Assembly: GCF_009914755.1 (NCBI RefSeq)
Contig: NC_060936.1
Length of the DNA: 64,000 nt
From: the human T2T-CHM13v2.0 reference genome, Homo sapiens
Reading direction: 5' to 3' (one strand)
Shown here: positions 14,257-27,235 of the stretch, in pieces
Layout of the letters: each line of letters begins with the position of its first letter
Numbering within the stretch: the first letter of the stretch is position 1
Made by a program: the position numbers and the translations under genes
The notes under the pieces: model-generated
What the model was told of the DNA's origin: nothing
Seen by the model: the letters and a program-made list of their open reading frames with translations, nothing else
The model's database searches: none

Positions 14257-15668
14257 GGAAAATGAGAAAGAGAACAAGAGCAAGTGTGCACGCAAGAGTG
14301 AAAGAAAGTAACTGTGTGCATATAAAGTTGGATATAATCTAGTCCCTGAACTTAGCTACATTTTTTTTTTAATTATAAAACCAGGACAATCTTTAGCCAT
14401 TTTCTAAATATTAAAATGTACAAGCCACTAAAAACAAAAACAAAAAACAAAAACAAACAAAACACAAAAGCAGAGCTTCCAGGGTTTGGAGAAAGAAACA
14501 TAAAAAAACTAACCTCATCACACATTCTACTTACAAAGAGAGGTTTGAGTGGAACCTTTACAGCCTTTGAAAGCATCTGGCCCATTAAAGTGACGATGCC
14601 TATTATCTCATTAGGAGTGCTTTTCAAAGTTAGTAACAATGAGCTGTTCTTCTCCCCCTTTGAATCAATACTAAGCATCTGCAACAAAGATACTTTTCCT
14701 TATTACAAAATCCTAGGCAGATATTTATCATTTGTTTTGACTACTTTAGATCTAATTTGCCTTTCTGGCATAGAAAGAACATAGGTACAGCCTTGCCTCA
14801 AGCTCAATCTGCTTTAAATGTGCACATCAACTGTCTGCAACATTGATCTCCCCACTTCTGTCAATTATACCTCCTTTATTCCTTTCAGCCAATACATAAT
14901 TGCTGCCTGTTTACTATGTGTCAGGCACAGGACTAGGCACTGGTGTCCCCCTCAAGGAGCCTACAGACTTGTTAAAGAGACATATTTAAATAGGCAACTG
15001 GTGCTGTCAATGACTTAACCTCTTACCTTTATCCCTTGGCCTAAATCATTTAGTTTCTTATTCATTTTCGTTCCGTGTTTTCTGCTTCTATCCCTCTATT
15101 TAGGCCTCGAGACCTCACATAAATGTTGTTATGATAGTTTTTCTCTGAGTACCTGAATCTGCTTTCTCTCCTAGTCAATCTCATTCCAACTTCTCTTAGA
15201 ATGGCCCTCCAAAAACATCACTTTCATTTATTTCTCTTTCTCAGGAATATATAAGAGCACCCCATAGCCTCCCAGTAAATCTAAACTTGTCTGGCATCCC
15301 GTTTTCCCTATCATGTTCCCTCAGTACCAGCCCCATCTGTCTCCCATAGTCTCTCCTCTTCTATTTGGTCATGTTCCTTGCTGTCTTTTAGATCTACTCT
15401 TTTTATGTGTTTACAACCATGTGGGTTCCTAACGTTCCATCTTTCCAAACTCTACAGTTCCCAGACTAAACCCCATGATGCTTTGCTGAATTACACTAGC
15501 TCTCACATTAAACTTTTCCTGTACAAGTGCTGATTTTGCTAACTAAATAAAAATGGATTCACAAGAAAACCCAGTCAGGGTTGGTATGATGACCCTGGGG
15601 CATCAAAACTCCAGAACTCAGAGCTGCAAAGGTGAACCCTTTCTGATAAATCCATTCATATTTTAGAG

Positions 15669-15850
15669 CAGGGGTAAATTCTTAGGCTTGAGAACCAGTC
15701 TGTGATGCAACTACTTAATTGCCCTGTTGCAGTGTGAAGGCAGTCACAGATCAAACAAACAAATGGGTGTAGCTATATTTTTAAAAATTATTTCTGGAAG
15801 TAGATGGGGTAGGCAGAATTTGACTCTTAGGTCATAGTTTGCTAACCTTG
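15669..15850. mobile_element. MER58A-like (hAT-Charlie)
   Basis: gtaaattcttaggctt, gcaactacttaa, aaatgggtgtagct, catagtttgctaacc. Confidence 0.65.
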
Positions 15851-16943
15851 TTGTAGAGGAAGAAGAGTGGATACAGGTGAGAAACTTCTCTTGGTTGGCA
15901 AAGGACAACCAGAAGCCCCTTGGCCTCTTATCTTCTCTGGGTAGCTCAACTTGTTCCCTGAAGACAGTATGTACCCTGGCAGTAGATCCCTGGCCAAGTC
16001 ATCACCATGGGAATTTGGGCTGTGACCATCTGCTATTGCTATTTTGGTCAATGGGGAAGAGATAAGAAAATCTACTTAATCTACTTCTTTGACTCTTTTG
16101 GAGATATGGGGAAGAAAGGGTCCATGGTCTCATTCTCATATGGTCTCCAGACTGGCAGGAGGCTCGCTCGTTAGGACCCCAGGGCACAAGAGCAAATCTT
16201 CACCCACACAGTGCCAGGCACTGCGCTCTCATTTAATCCTTACATTAACCCTATAGTGTATAAGTACTTATCATATCTATCAGTCAGATAAAAGAAATAG
16301 CTGAGGTCTTAGTCAACATTAGCCACTGCTCCATCCTAGAAATGTTCTTGATGCTTACACAGTTGTGTTTTCGGAATACGACAACCCCCCTGACAAGAGT
16401 TCTTATTTCAATTTGAATGTGATATTAATGAGAATAGCTCATTAACTTTAGCCTTGATAATGAATCTTCAAAGGATATATCTTTTTATCACTTTATCCAT
16501 GGAAAAATGGGCTCTAGAGGTTAAGCAATTTAACCAACTTTGCTCATTTAGAAGAATCAGAGTCAGGATTCAAACCCAAGTCAGTCTGGCTCAATAAACC
16601 TTTGGCCATTCTACCTCTTTAATAACCCTGACCTAAACACATAAAGCTTCATGTGTTTTTAAAGCCCTCAAATATTTGCTACATGTGAAGTGAGAAATCA
16701 GGTCAGTTTCCTGGGGTCCAATATCCCCAAGGAGGGCCTCGAAGAAGCAGAGAGGCAAACCAAGGCTCGTGATTTGGTCCTAAGCAAACATAGCAGAGGC
16801 AGGTGTACCCCCTTGTCTTTCACCACAAACCCTGGTCTCTGGCTGTGCTTCCTGATCCAAACTGTGTAACTGGCTGTTTATGGTGGTGATGCTTCCTTCA
16901 CACACACTGTGTGGTTCCGAGGCAGAGGAAGGCATGTTCTTAC

Positions 16944-17062
16944 CAGCCTGTCATATTAAAGTCCCTGTAGAGCATCTTCTTTCCAAGCTCCTTTCTCTGT
17001 ACTCTCCTTGGAAACTCCAAATGTGTGAACTCATTTCCCAGCAAGTGAGGCTGCATGAATGC
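16944..17062 (-). CDS. PPM1H: PPM1H internal coding exon (probably exon 6; 119 bp, phase 0 to 2), part of the flap subdomain
   Basis: Minus strand reads ...ttttctttttgctattag|GCATTCATG...ATGACAGGCTG|gtaaga. It translates to AFMQPHLLGNEFTHLEFPRRVQRKELGKKMLYRDFNMTG(W), which I recognise as PPM1H, and continues in frame from the exon at 34285-34369. Confidence 0.97.
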
Positions 17063-18719
17063 CTAATAGCAAAAAGAAAAAGAAAAAACACACACATACA
17101 CGTATTTAGAGAAACAAAATAAGAATCAAGGATGTTTTGCAAATTGAGACAGGCCATATTTTAAAAACAAGAAAATTGCCTCATATTTTAAGTAAATAGA
17201 TTTCAGAGTTTAAACACTAATAGAAGACGAGCACATAAAAATGAATTTACAAAGGAATGTAACTTTTTCATTTGATCTGATACATTAATTGTAACCAAAT
17301 GCATAGCTGAAGGGATCAGGAAAAAAGACTGAGCTTCTCTCTAAAGAATGGCTTTTTAGTTTTCCAAATGGTATACTGGTGAGATACGGGGTGAGAAAGC
17401 TCCCTGACGTGGTCTTTTCCACACTCATCTCACTTACATCCTTGGTTATCACGGCCTTGCCTTTGAAACCTGTGTGTGAGCTTCCATGTAAACACAATGG
17501 CTCGAGTGCTGGTTGGGGCTGGATGCAGCAGACAGGAACTTTCTGTTGGACTCCCTCCAGTTTGCTCTGCAGTCATTTGATCGTGTCATTCGAAGACTAT
17601 TCTGGAGCAGATGGCTTCTCCCCCTCCCCCAAATCTCTGTTCACACTACAAAAGTCTTGAGCAAACAGCCACTTAGGGAATTGCTTTGAAACAACAGTCT
17701 CATTGTCACATTCAAAATTCAAATCTAGCAATCCGAGAGACGCAATGCTCACGTACTAACTTCTCTACTCAGAGGCCACATGCTGCAAGCAGGCCTGCAC
17801 TAGAACTTCCCCACATGAAGCTGTCTACCTGCTTCTGAGCAGCATGGTGGAATGGATCTTCTTTCTTTTCTGGCAGGGAAAAGAGTGGGCAGAGCAAATC
17901 ACAGCCTGGCAGTGTAGGAAAGCAAGGGATCTCTGCCACCAGGCAGATGGTCAGGTCCTCAGTGTATGGGTCATAGGCATCTCTTACAGCTACTTTGCTA
18001 GGACCCAATGCCGGCGGATCTCTCACTGATTCTCATGAAGGTCTGGAGGTATTAGTTAGATGGTAGTCATCCAATGCTAAGTTTTTCAGGAACCAAAGGA
18101 AGGAAGCTAAGTTGTCACCAGGCTGGTCATATTTGCCCAGATATGGAACTCTGAGCAAGTAATTCTGGGCAGGCTTGGGGACAGGACAGGATGGGATGAG
18201 ACAGGGTGACTGAGGGTGAGCAGGAGAACTGTGCTTCCCATTTGCTGTAGCCTCAACAGTTTCTAGGTCTGGTGGGAATTCTGGATCACTTTGAGGGGCT
18301 CTGAAAATTCTGCTGGGAGTAAGGCTTGGGGTGCTGATGGGTATCAAGGAAGCTTAAATACGAGGTTTTACAGAGAGGTTCTCCTGGGAAGGAATGAAGG
18401 GAACTAACACTTAATAGGTCAGGTCAACAGTGGTGCTTTGGGTGAGAAGAATTTGGGTGTGAATCCAAGCTCTGCTTTCATAAGCAATGTGGTTTTAGCA
18501 GGTTATTTAATTTCTTGGGCCTCAGTTTATCTGTAAATGAGATTAATTATATATCCCACACTGCTGTTTTCATAATGTAATGTCTATTAATATACTTAGT
18601 TGTTTCTGCTTACAAAAAATTATTATAGTCACCTAGTGATTATTGAATCCTATTATATCCTGAGTACTACACTCAGTGCTTTGAGAGTTCTAATTTCACC
18701 CTCTTAACAATCTTCTGGA

Positions 18720-18892
18720 CAACACTGGCTACATCATTTGTGGGGCCCGGTGAAAAACAGAAACAGGGAGCCTGTGTTCAAAATCAAGAATTTCAAGACA
18801 GGGACAGCAGAGCATTAAACTAAGCAGAGCACTAAACTAAGCACGGCACCCTCCGCGACCGCACAAGTCACAGGCCCATGAAGCTCGTCATG
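18720..18892 (-). mobile_element. MER45A (hAT-Tip100), within a MIR
   Basis: ggctacatcatttgtggggcccggtgaaaa, aagaatttcaagaca, gcccatgaagc; internal 17-bp tandem duplication agcagagcaYtaaacta. Confidence 0.8.
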
Positions 18893-19697
18893 CCTACTGG
18901 GTACATACTATTTTATTCTTTTTATTTTAGTCCGCCCATGAAAACTAAGGAACAAAGGCATAAGTGGTCAACGGACAGCACCATCTGTTATAAGCCCTTT
19001 ATGATCTTTCAGAACTTTCAGATTGTATCAGCATGAATACAATCCACTACCCAAGCTGGACTAACATGGGCTTAGGGGTTACCATGTGCCAGCCCCATAC
19101 CAGGTACTTCATACACCTGATCTTACTCCCCAACAATTTTACAAAGCAGGAGTCGATTTGATTTACAAATGAGAACACTACATCCTGGAGAGGTTAAGAC
19201 CTAGCCCGAGGTCATTCGCCCAAGACTGGGTGGATCTTGAGCCTGAGCTTAATATCATGGTTATAACCCTCATCCTAACCATATTTTGGGCCTTTAACCT
19301 ACACACACATTTTTACAAAAGATAGTAAAGGGGCCATAAGAGGCCTGTGATCCTTTGCACTTAGACCAAGCAAAGTCTGAATCAGTAAACCTTGTTAAAA
19401 GAACTCACACACACAGAGCCACACACAGTATGGGCACAAAAATGTCTCTGACATTATTTATAACATTAAATAACTAGAAGAAATCATTGAATGAATAACT
19501 CATTAAATAAACTAGCATAAACCCAAACAAAAGAATTCTATGGTGTCACTTACAATGACACTACAGAGAATATGCAATGACACAGAGTTGCGTTAAGTGT
19601 AAAAAAGCAGGTCATCAAACAATATGTGTGTGTGCATGAACTTGTGAGTGCTGGGTCATATATGCACAGATCTTTATAGAAGACATACATACGTACA

Positions 19698-20163
19698 CAG
19701 ATGCTCCTCTGCTTACAGTGGGGTTACATCCCAGTAAACCCATCGTAACCTGAAAATATTGTAAGTCAAAATGCATCTCATACAACTAGCCTACTGATCA
19801 GAGCTTAGCCTGGCCTACCTTAAATGTGCTCAGAACACTTACATTAGCCTACAGTTGGGCAAAATCATCTGGCAACACAGTCCACTGTAAAGTGTAGGTT
19901 GTTTACCCTCATGATTGGGTGGCTGACTAGGAGCTGCTGGCTCACTGCCACCGTCCAGCATCACAAGAGAGTATCATACCACATATCCCTAGCCTGGAAA
20001 AAGGTCAAAATTCAAAATCAATTTGAAGTATGATTTCTACCAAATGCATATTGCTTTCACAATATCAGAAAGTTAAAAAAAAAAAAGTAGCGGTGCTTTC
20101 ATTCTGCTTTGTAAAATGAAGGCTGCCCTGATTAAAAAAAAAAAGTAAGTTGGGAACCATCTG
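19698..20163. mobile_element. MER47-like (Tigger) non-autonomous DNA transposon
   Basis: Terminal inverted repeats cagatgctcc...cttac / gtaagttgggaaccatctg; internal gcttagcctggcctaccttaaatgtgctcagaacacttacattagcctacag. Confidence 0.85.
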
Positions 20164-20177
20164 TTTACAAATGAACA

Positions 20178-20509
20178 TGTTATGGTCTGAATGTGTCTCC
20201 TAAAATTCATGTGTTGGCAATTTAACCCCTAATGCAACAATGTTGGGAGGCAGACTTTTTGGGAGGTGTTTAGGCCATGAAGGTAGAGCCCTCGTGAATT
20301 AATGCTGCTATAGAAAAGGGCTTGTGAGAGTGAGTTCACTCTCTTGCCCTTCCACCTTCTGCCATGTGAAAACAGAGCAAGAAAGCCCTTACCAGATGCT
20401 AGTGTCTTGATCTTGGGGCTTCCCAGACCCCAGAACTGTGATAAATTTTGTTCTTTATAAATTACTCAGTTTGTAGTATTGTTATAGCAGCACCAGACAG
20501 ACTAAGGCT
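20178..20509 (+). mobile_element. MaLR LTR (MST-type, MSTD-like)
   Basis: tgttatggtctgaatgtgtctcctaaaattcatgtgttgg ... ttatagcagcaccagacagactaagg. Confidence 0.85.
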
Positions 20510-20622
20510 GTGTGTGTGTGTAAATACAGATACGTGGCATGCATATATATTATTAACAAACAGGTAAGAATCCAAACGACATTCCTGAGCACATTTCTTA
20601 ACAAACCCCATGTCTAAGAAGG

Positions 20623-21098
20623 TGATGCATGTTCAGGACACACTACCTCCAATCACAGTACCTGGGCATTTGAGGGAACAGGAGAAGCAGCCCATAGAAA
20701 CTAGGAAGAATTCCCCTTACTCCTCCTCTAAAGCAAGCCATGAGACCTAGCTCACCTTCCCCAGAAAATAGATCATTAAGACCCGATTCCAGAGGGGCCC
20801 TGCACCATACCCAGAGGAAAGAAATATCACACAGGGATGCCAAGATGATGCTGAACAAACAGGCCTTGCTAAGTACCCCTACCCCTGAGTTTATTACCAT
20901 TAGATCTTTTGTCCTTTGATCAAACTTCTGTATGACTGTCCCTAAAAATACAGTTTGCCCTGTTTCCTTGGGGCTTTCTGAAGACATCTATGTGACATAA
21001 GCTTATATTAAATCAATTTGTTTGCTTTTCTCTTGTTAATCTGTCTTTTGTTATAGGGGCATCAGCCATGAATGGGTAAGAAATCTCTTCTCCCACAT
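20623..21098 (+). mobile_element. ERV1 solo LTR, MER34/MER39 family
   Basis: gttcaggacacactacc, ctgaacaaacaggccttgctaag, tttgcttttctcttgttaatctgtcttttgttatagggg; possible 4-bp TSD aagg. Confidence 0.75.
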
Positions 21099-21434
21099 AA
21101 GGGTAAGTGTGGAGATTTCAGGCGCTTTGCCTCCTAACAGGAGGATGAGTGGGCCCTTTGATGGTGCTTTAAACCAGGGACCCTTGGGCTCTTTTTGGCT
21201 GATATCCATTTGCCTGGGTGGCTGCGTCAGAAGATCTGTTGAGGCAGATGTCTGTGGGTTAGTTGGGAACTCCTCAACAGCTTTGATAACTGCAGGGGCC
21301 ACCTACCCTCTCCCTCTGAGGATGTGCAGGTTTGAAAGGGCCTTAAATATTGTGTCACTCTGAGGCGCCTTCACACACAGAGCCTTTCATGATTTCCACA
21401 AACTGCTTGCTTTCTTCCAGGATAACAACAGGGT

Positions 21435-22560
21435 ATGATATTTCATCAAACATATATGCCATTAGACGCACCATCATTTTATTACTTCCAGGAAGAAAAA
21501 AAGCAGCCAATTAAAATATGTATAATTCTTTCTTAACACTTCAAATTTTAATTTTATCCTTTTCATAAGAGCTGAGACCTAGACACATTTTTATTATCTA
21601 TCACTATTGTATATATTTAATAAGGGATATAGAATTGAAGTAGGTTGGCTAAGGTTTCCAAAACTTTTACATTTAGAATCCAACTGCTCTCATCATTTTT
21701 CAACTCTGAATCATGTATGTTCATAATTTTCCACACAGAAGTGTTGTGTGTTTCATGAGAGCACCGGTGACGCAGCATTTTTTAATTAATCCACAACAGC
21801 ACTGGAAGCCTCAAAGCTAAGGGTGCAGAAGTTCTTAAGCCAGCTTTGCAATCCTCTAGAGCCAGCTTACTTCTGACTCCCACTTCAGGAATGTGGCTAA
21901 GCAAGTCTGAGTCACACCTCCTCAAACTCCTCCGCACAATTAGTTGGATCCAGTGATGCTTAACAAGCCCTTCACTTTTCTCTGCAGGATGTTCTTCCAA
22001 GCTGCTGGACACCCATCCCACAAAAGTTTGGTGTGTTGGGACTCAGGACATTCTACCCCAAAAAATGGCACCTTGGCATTTGAGGAAACAGCAGAAACAG
22101 GAAAGTCTCTCAACTTCCCCTTGTCCCTCTCCCCTGAAGCAGGTCACAGGATCCTCATTCCAGAGGTGCCCGCCCCATATCCAGAGGAAAGAAACATCTT
22201 TAACTCTGAAGACACAGGGATACAGAAGAATCTGAACAAACAGCCTTGCTAAATTCTCCCCAGTTTATTCCCATTAGATCACACCCACTTTATCCAATTA
22301 TATTTCTCCATGACTGTCCAGTCTTCCTCAAACTTAAGCATAAAAATATACAAAGTTTACCTATTTCTTTAGGTCTTCAATTTCTCATAAAGTCTCCTGT
22401 GTCATGTAAAACTTATATTAAATAGATTTGTATGCTTTTCTCTTGTTTATCTTGTCTTTTCTTATGGGGGACCTTGTGATGGGTGAGGAAATCTTTTCCG
22501 CCCCTGCAGGTGTCTGCCCTTTTGATGTTCACATATGTCCAGGAGATGACATGTCATGCC
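21435..22560 (-). mobile_element. Kanga-like (TcMar-Tc2) DNA transposon relic with transposase C-terminal remnant, interrupted twice
   Basis: Minus-strand remnant W-V-S/A-A-W-K-N-I ... K-K-C-C-V-T-G-A-L resembles the pogo/Tc2 DDE C-terminus; end tatttcatc...agacgcaccatcatttt. Confidence 0.6.
22034..22508 (+). mobile_element. ERV1 solo LTR, MER34/MER39 family
   Basis: TG...CA termini (tgttgggactcagg ... cccctgca) with a 4-bp TSD ggtg (22030-22033 / 22509-22512). Confidence 0.85.
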
Positions 22561-23693
22561 TGTCCCCTGGCTGGCAGCAAAAATCAAATATAAAATTCAG
22601 ATATGTTAAAAAAAAACAAAGACGTGTCTTAGTTCTGAGGAAATACTGTCATAGTCACCCCCCCACTGATACTGATGCCACACTCTTAGATTTCTCCATC
22701 CTTCTGATTTTTCTTCCTCTGTTGCTAACTGACACAGCACAGGTGGCATGATTCATTTTCTGTCATAATCATGCTTACCATAGAAATTATAAGTACTCCT
22801 TGTGTACCTGTGATATATTTTTACCACTCTCTCTTTTTTAAAAAATCACCACCCACCTCCTTGCCACCACATTCAATACTTACTGCTGTTGCATATGTCA
22901 AACCCTATGGAGTTAATGGCATTAAAGGAACTCTTCTCAAGAACTTGGTACAAACAGAGCAAACATATGGTTGCTTAATGAAAAATGAGATGCTAAAATA
23001 CATGGCTGCACACAATTTGTAAAAACCTGTTGGTTTTCAGAGGAAAACACTTACGGTTATTAGTCTATCTTTTTGTGCAATCATAAAAGTTTATATAGTC
23101 TTATATGCACACATGTTTACACATGTACAGTCATCAAAATATTTAAAAAAGTTATCTGAGGGTTTTCTTTTTAATGTATCCATAATTGTGGATATTTTGA
23201 CCATTGGACACAGATTACTTTCATTTGAAAAAAAAAACCCTCTAAAAATTAGTTTTTTGAGAACCCAGTGTTTAAAGCAAGTTTTAAAAGACTGCTGAGA
23301 AGAGCGTTACTGCTTCTTGTTCTAATAATTTTAGGGAAAGCCAAAATCCTGGAGAAGAGGCAAGCAGAGCAGGGGCCTGGCTCCAATGCGGGGATGTGGA
23401 AGCCGCAGATTCCCATCAGGCCAGCGCAGAGATGTTTTGTCCGCAAACGCAGAGTGGCCAAACAACTTGGTGATTTGGAAACTTCTTAGGGCCTGCCCAG
23501 AATTCAGGTGACCATGACTGGCTAGAATTACTTCATTTGTACTGGTCTGTGCCTCTGGAAGCATTGCTCAAGTCAGCATTCTGGAGTCCTGAGTCTTCAA
23601 AATGATTTTACTTTGGATTTACCATAAGCAATAAGCCCAAAGTCTGTAAAGTGTTGGGGCAGGAATTTGCTAGTTTGCTAATAATTTACTGAC

Positions 23694-23994
<301 letters not shown>

Positions 23995-24389
23995 TAAAAC
24001 CTTAACTCCACTCCAGTGCCCAGCATAGCACCCAACATAGTAAAGGTGCTGAGTAAGTATTTGCTAAAAGAATGAATACAGGACATTCTGACCTGCTCTA
24101 CACAATCACAACATAGTGATTATTTAAACTATAAGATAACACAGCCTTCAATCTTTTGAAAAAGTTAAAAGTAAGGCCCATATTGTATAAAAACCATCTT
24201 GGACCCACGTAGTTTGGATTTAGTTAACTTCTTATAAATTGATAGATGTCTTCCCATAAAAACACATGTGCATGGCTGCATGTGGTTTTTAAAACCCCAT
24301 GATGTTATTTTACAATCCTAAGAATACCTAAATAATAATGCTTTGTCTCTTCACTTAATAAGCCTGCAGATGAGAAACCTATAAATTAG

Positions 24390-24742
<353 letters not shown>

Positions 24743-26254
24743 TTAAAATGCAATTTAAAGTGTACCAGCCCACCCTCCGATTAAAAAAAAAGGATCTCTT
24801 CTTGTACCTCCATTTTAATCCTAAATTTTGAGGTTTTCCTTCAAGGAAACATAACAGAATGCTACTAAATGAGGGGAGAGGGCGGAGGTATACCCCAAGT
24901 TCATGTGTGTGCCACAAATATCACCTGGGGGAAAAAGCTTGATAACCTCTGCCCTAGCAAGACCAAATGCAAGTAACCAAGACTCTTAGGGACTCTAAAG
25001 AGCACAGATTTGTTAAAGAGAATACGACATATCCTCATCACTTAGTGATCTGAGCAGCTAAAAAAAGGAAACTTACAAACATGGTTATATCTGGCCAGGA
25101 ACAAGGACACCTCTCAGGAAAGGATGCTGGAACAACTGACTGTGTCAGGGCAGGACACCAGAGTTTGAGTAGGGGAATTGGATGTCTTTCTATGGCCACT
25201 CTCCTCTCTAGTCCTGAGCAGAAACTGGTTTCAAAGGAAGAGAAGGGAGATGAGCATTGCACTGTGGAAAAATACAACAACTCCATCCCAAAGAAAGTCT
25301 CTGAGTACCCTGAAGAATGGAGACATAACAGGAGGGAACAAGCCTGAAGAAGAGGCACCTTCCAGAACCTTCCAGTAAGCCTCTCACTAGGCAAGAGGGA
25401 GGCCAGAAGTCTAGAGTAGGTGAGCAACCTGCACCCAAGGCTGTCTCACTCTAGATCACATGGCCCTGAGCTCCACCTTCCTGGGCTCAGGGAGAGTTTC
25501 GAGCACCTCAGCAGGGCAAGGAAAAAAGGGTAGCCGGAAGCAGGGAACTCAGACCCCAGGGAGGGAAGCTAGCCCTGGTTATGGGAGAAGTCTAAGGTGA
25601 CCAGGGCTCCAGCGGAGGGCTGAGCACCAGCCTGCCAGTGGACACAAAGATGGGGCTTTGAGGTTACTCAAAATTGCTTGCTAGGGAATACAAAATGCTT
25701 CCTCATTTTCTTCCTCCTTTTGATAATTTTTTTTTCCTGTTGCTTTGTGGTCAGCTGGCCAGTGAGTAGTGTCAGCCAAGAAGGAGACTGTCCCAGGGCT
25801 TGGGGTATCCAGACAAAGGAATTCATGCAACTAACATTTGAGCCCTTACATATGCTAAGTACCAGGGACTAGGGGTTTGGGGCTCAAAGAACACAAAAAG
25901 AGGACCCTCTGCTCAGAGCTGACCCACACAAGTGAAGGAGGCTGAGGGCGGCTTACGGGCAGAAATGGAGCCATTCACAGGGACCAAGGAACAGAGTGGG
26001 TCACACACTGAAGAGGATCAGAGAGAATCTGCAAAGGAGCTTAAGAGTTGGTCAGGCAAGAGCTCTAGGGCAAGTGTGGCCACAGCAAAGGCAGGGAAGT
26101 GGGAGAGAGCATGGCATTTGGAGGTAATCCTAGGAGAGAAGAGAGTGGGGCAGAGAGGAGGCAGGAGTGCAGACATTGGCACCAAAGATGGCCCCTCCTG
26201 CAAAGGGTAATGTGCAGTTAAAGAAAGGATACATGGAGTTAAATAAAGTGAAAC

Positions 26255-27235
26255 TACTTAAACTTTTCAGTGAATTATATGTGGTAAAGTGCTCTTCTCA
26301 TACGCATACAAGCTGATGAAGTTTCACAAATTGAACACACCTGTGTAGCTGGCCTCCCGATCAAGAAAGAACATTACCAGCATCCTGGGACCAGCACCCC
26401 ATCATCAGCACCCCATCCAATCACTGTCACTGCCCCAAAGGGGCACTATTCCAACTTCAAGACTGGCCTTGCCTGTTTCTGTGCTTCATCTGAAATCCTA
26501 CAGGATGCCCTCTTTGCTGGGTATTAAGTCTGCGAAATTCATCCATGTTGTGTGTAACTGCGACTTGCTCATTCTCCGTGCTGTATGTTAATTCCATCCT
26601 GTGATTATTTCATTATTTATTTACCCATTCTACTTTCCAGGGGCATTCAGATAAGCCATCATATCCCCTGTGACCTGCACGTACACATCCAGATGGCCGG
26701 TTCCTGCCTTAACTGATGACATTTCACCACAAAAGAAGTGAAAATGGCCTGTTCCTGCCTTAACTGATGACATGGTCTTGTGAAATTCCTTCTCCTGGCT
26801 CATCCTGGCTCAAAAGCTCCCCTACTGAGCACCCTGTGACCCCCACTCTGCCCGCCAGAGAACAACCCCCCTTTGACTGTAATTTTCCTTTACCTACCCG
26901 AATCCTATAAAACGGCCCCACCCCTATCTCCCTTTGCTGACTCTCTTTTCGGACTCAGCCCACCTGCATCCAGGTGAAATAAACAGCTTTATTGCTCACA
27001 CAAAGCCTGTTTGGTGGTCTCTTCACATGGAGGCACATGGAAGTTTCCCGTTTAAGCTGTTACAAACAGTGCTGCTATGCACGCTCTGGTCTTTGGGTAA
27101 ACATTCATACGCATTTCTGTTAGGTACACACTTAGGAGTAACACTGCTGGACCACAGCACTTTCAACTTCAGGGAGACTGCCAAACTCTTTTTCAAAGGA
27201 GTTGTTCCAATTTCCACCCTCATCAGCAGAATGTG
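26255..27235 (-). mobile_element. Old L1M 3' fragment, split by the solo LTR7
   Basis: L1M-like antisense text (attcatccatgttgtg, ttacccattctact, gggcattcagata|gtttcc, gctgctatg, actgccaaactcttttcaaagg) is continuous across the LTR. Confidence 0.75.
26652..27042 (+). mobile_element. Solo HERV-H LTR7 (type I), missing about the first 22 bp
   Basis: Begins taagccatcatatcccctgtgacctgcac; duplicated ttcctgccttaactgatgacat; TATAAAA at 26906-26912; AATAAA at 26978-26983; ends ctcttcacatggaggcacatggaa with no PBS following. Confidence 0.93.

Noticed and set aside
20623-22508. Two MER34/39 LTRs as the ends of one deleted provirus
   Set aside because: The second LTR has its own 4-bp TSD, no PBS follows the first, and the spacer contains a DNA-transposon relic.
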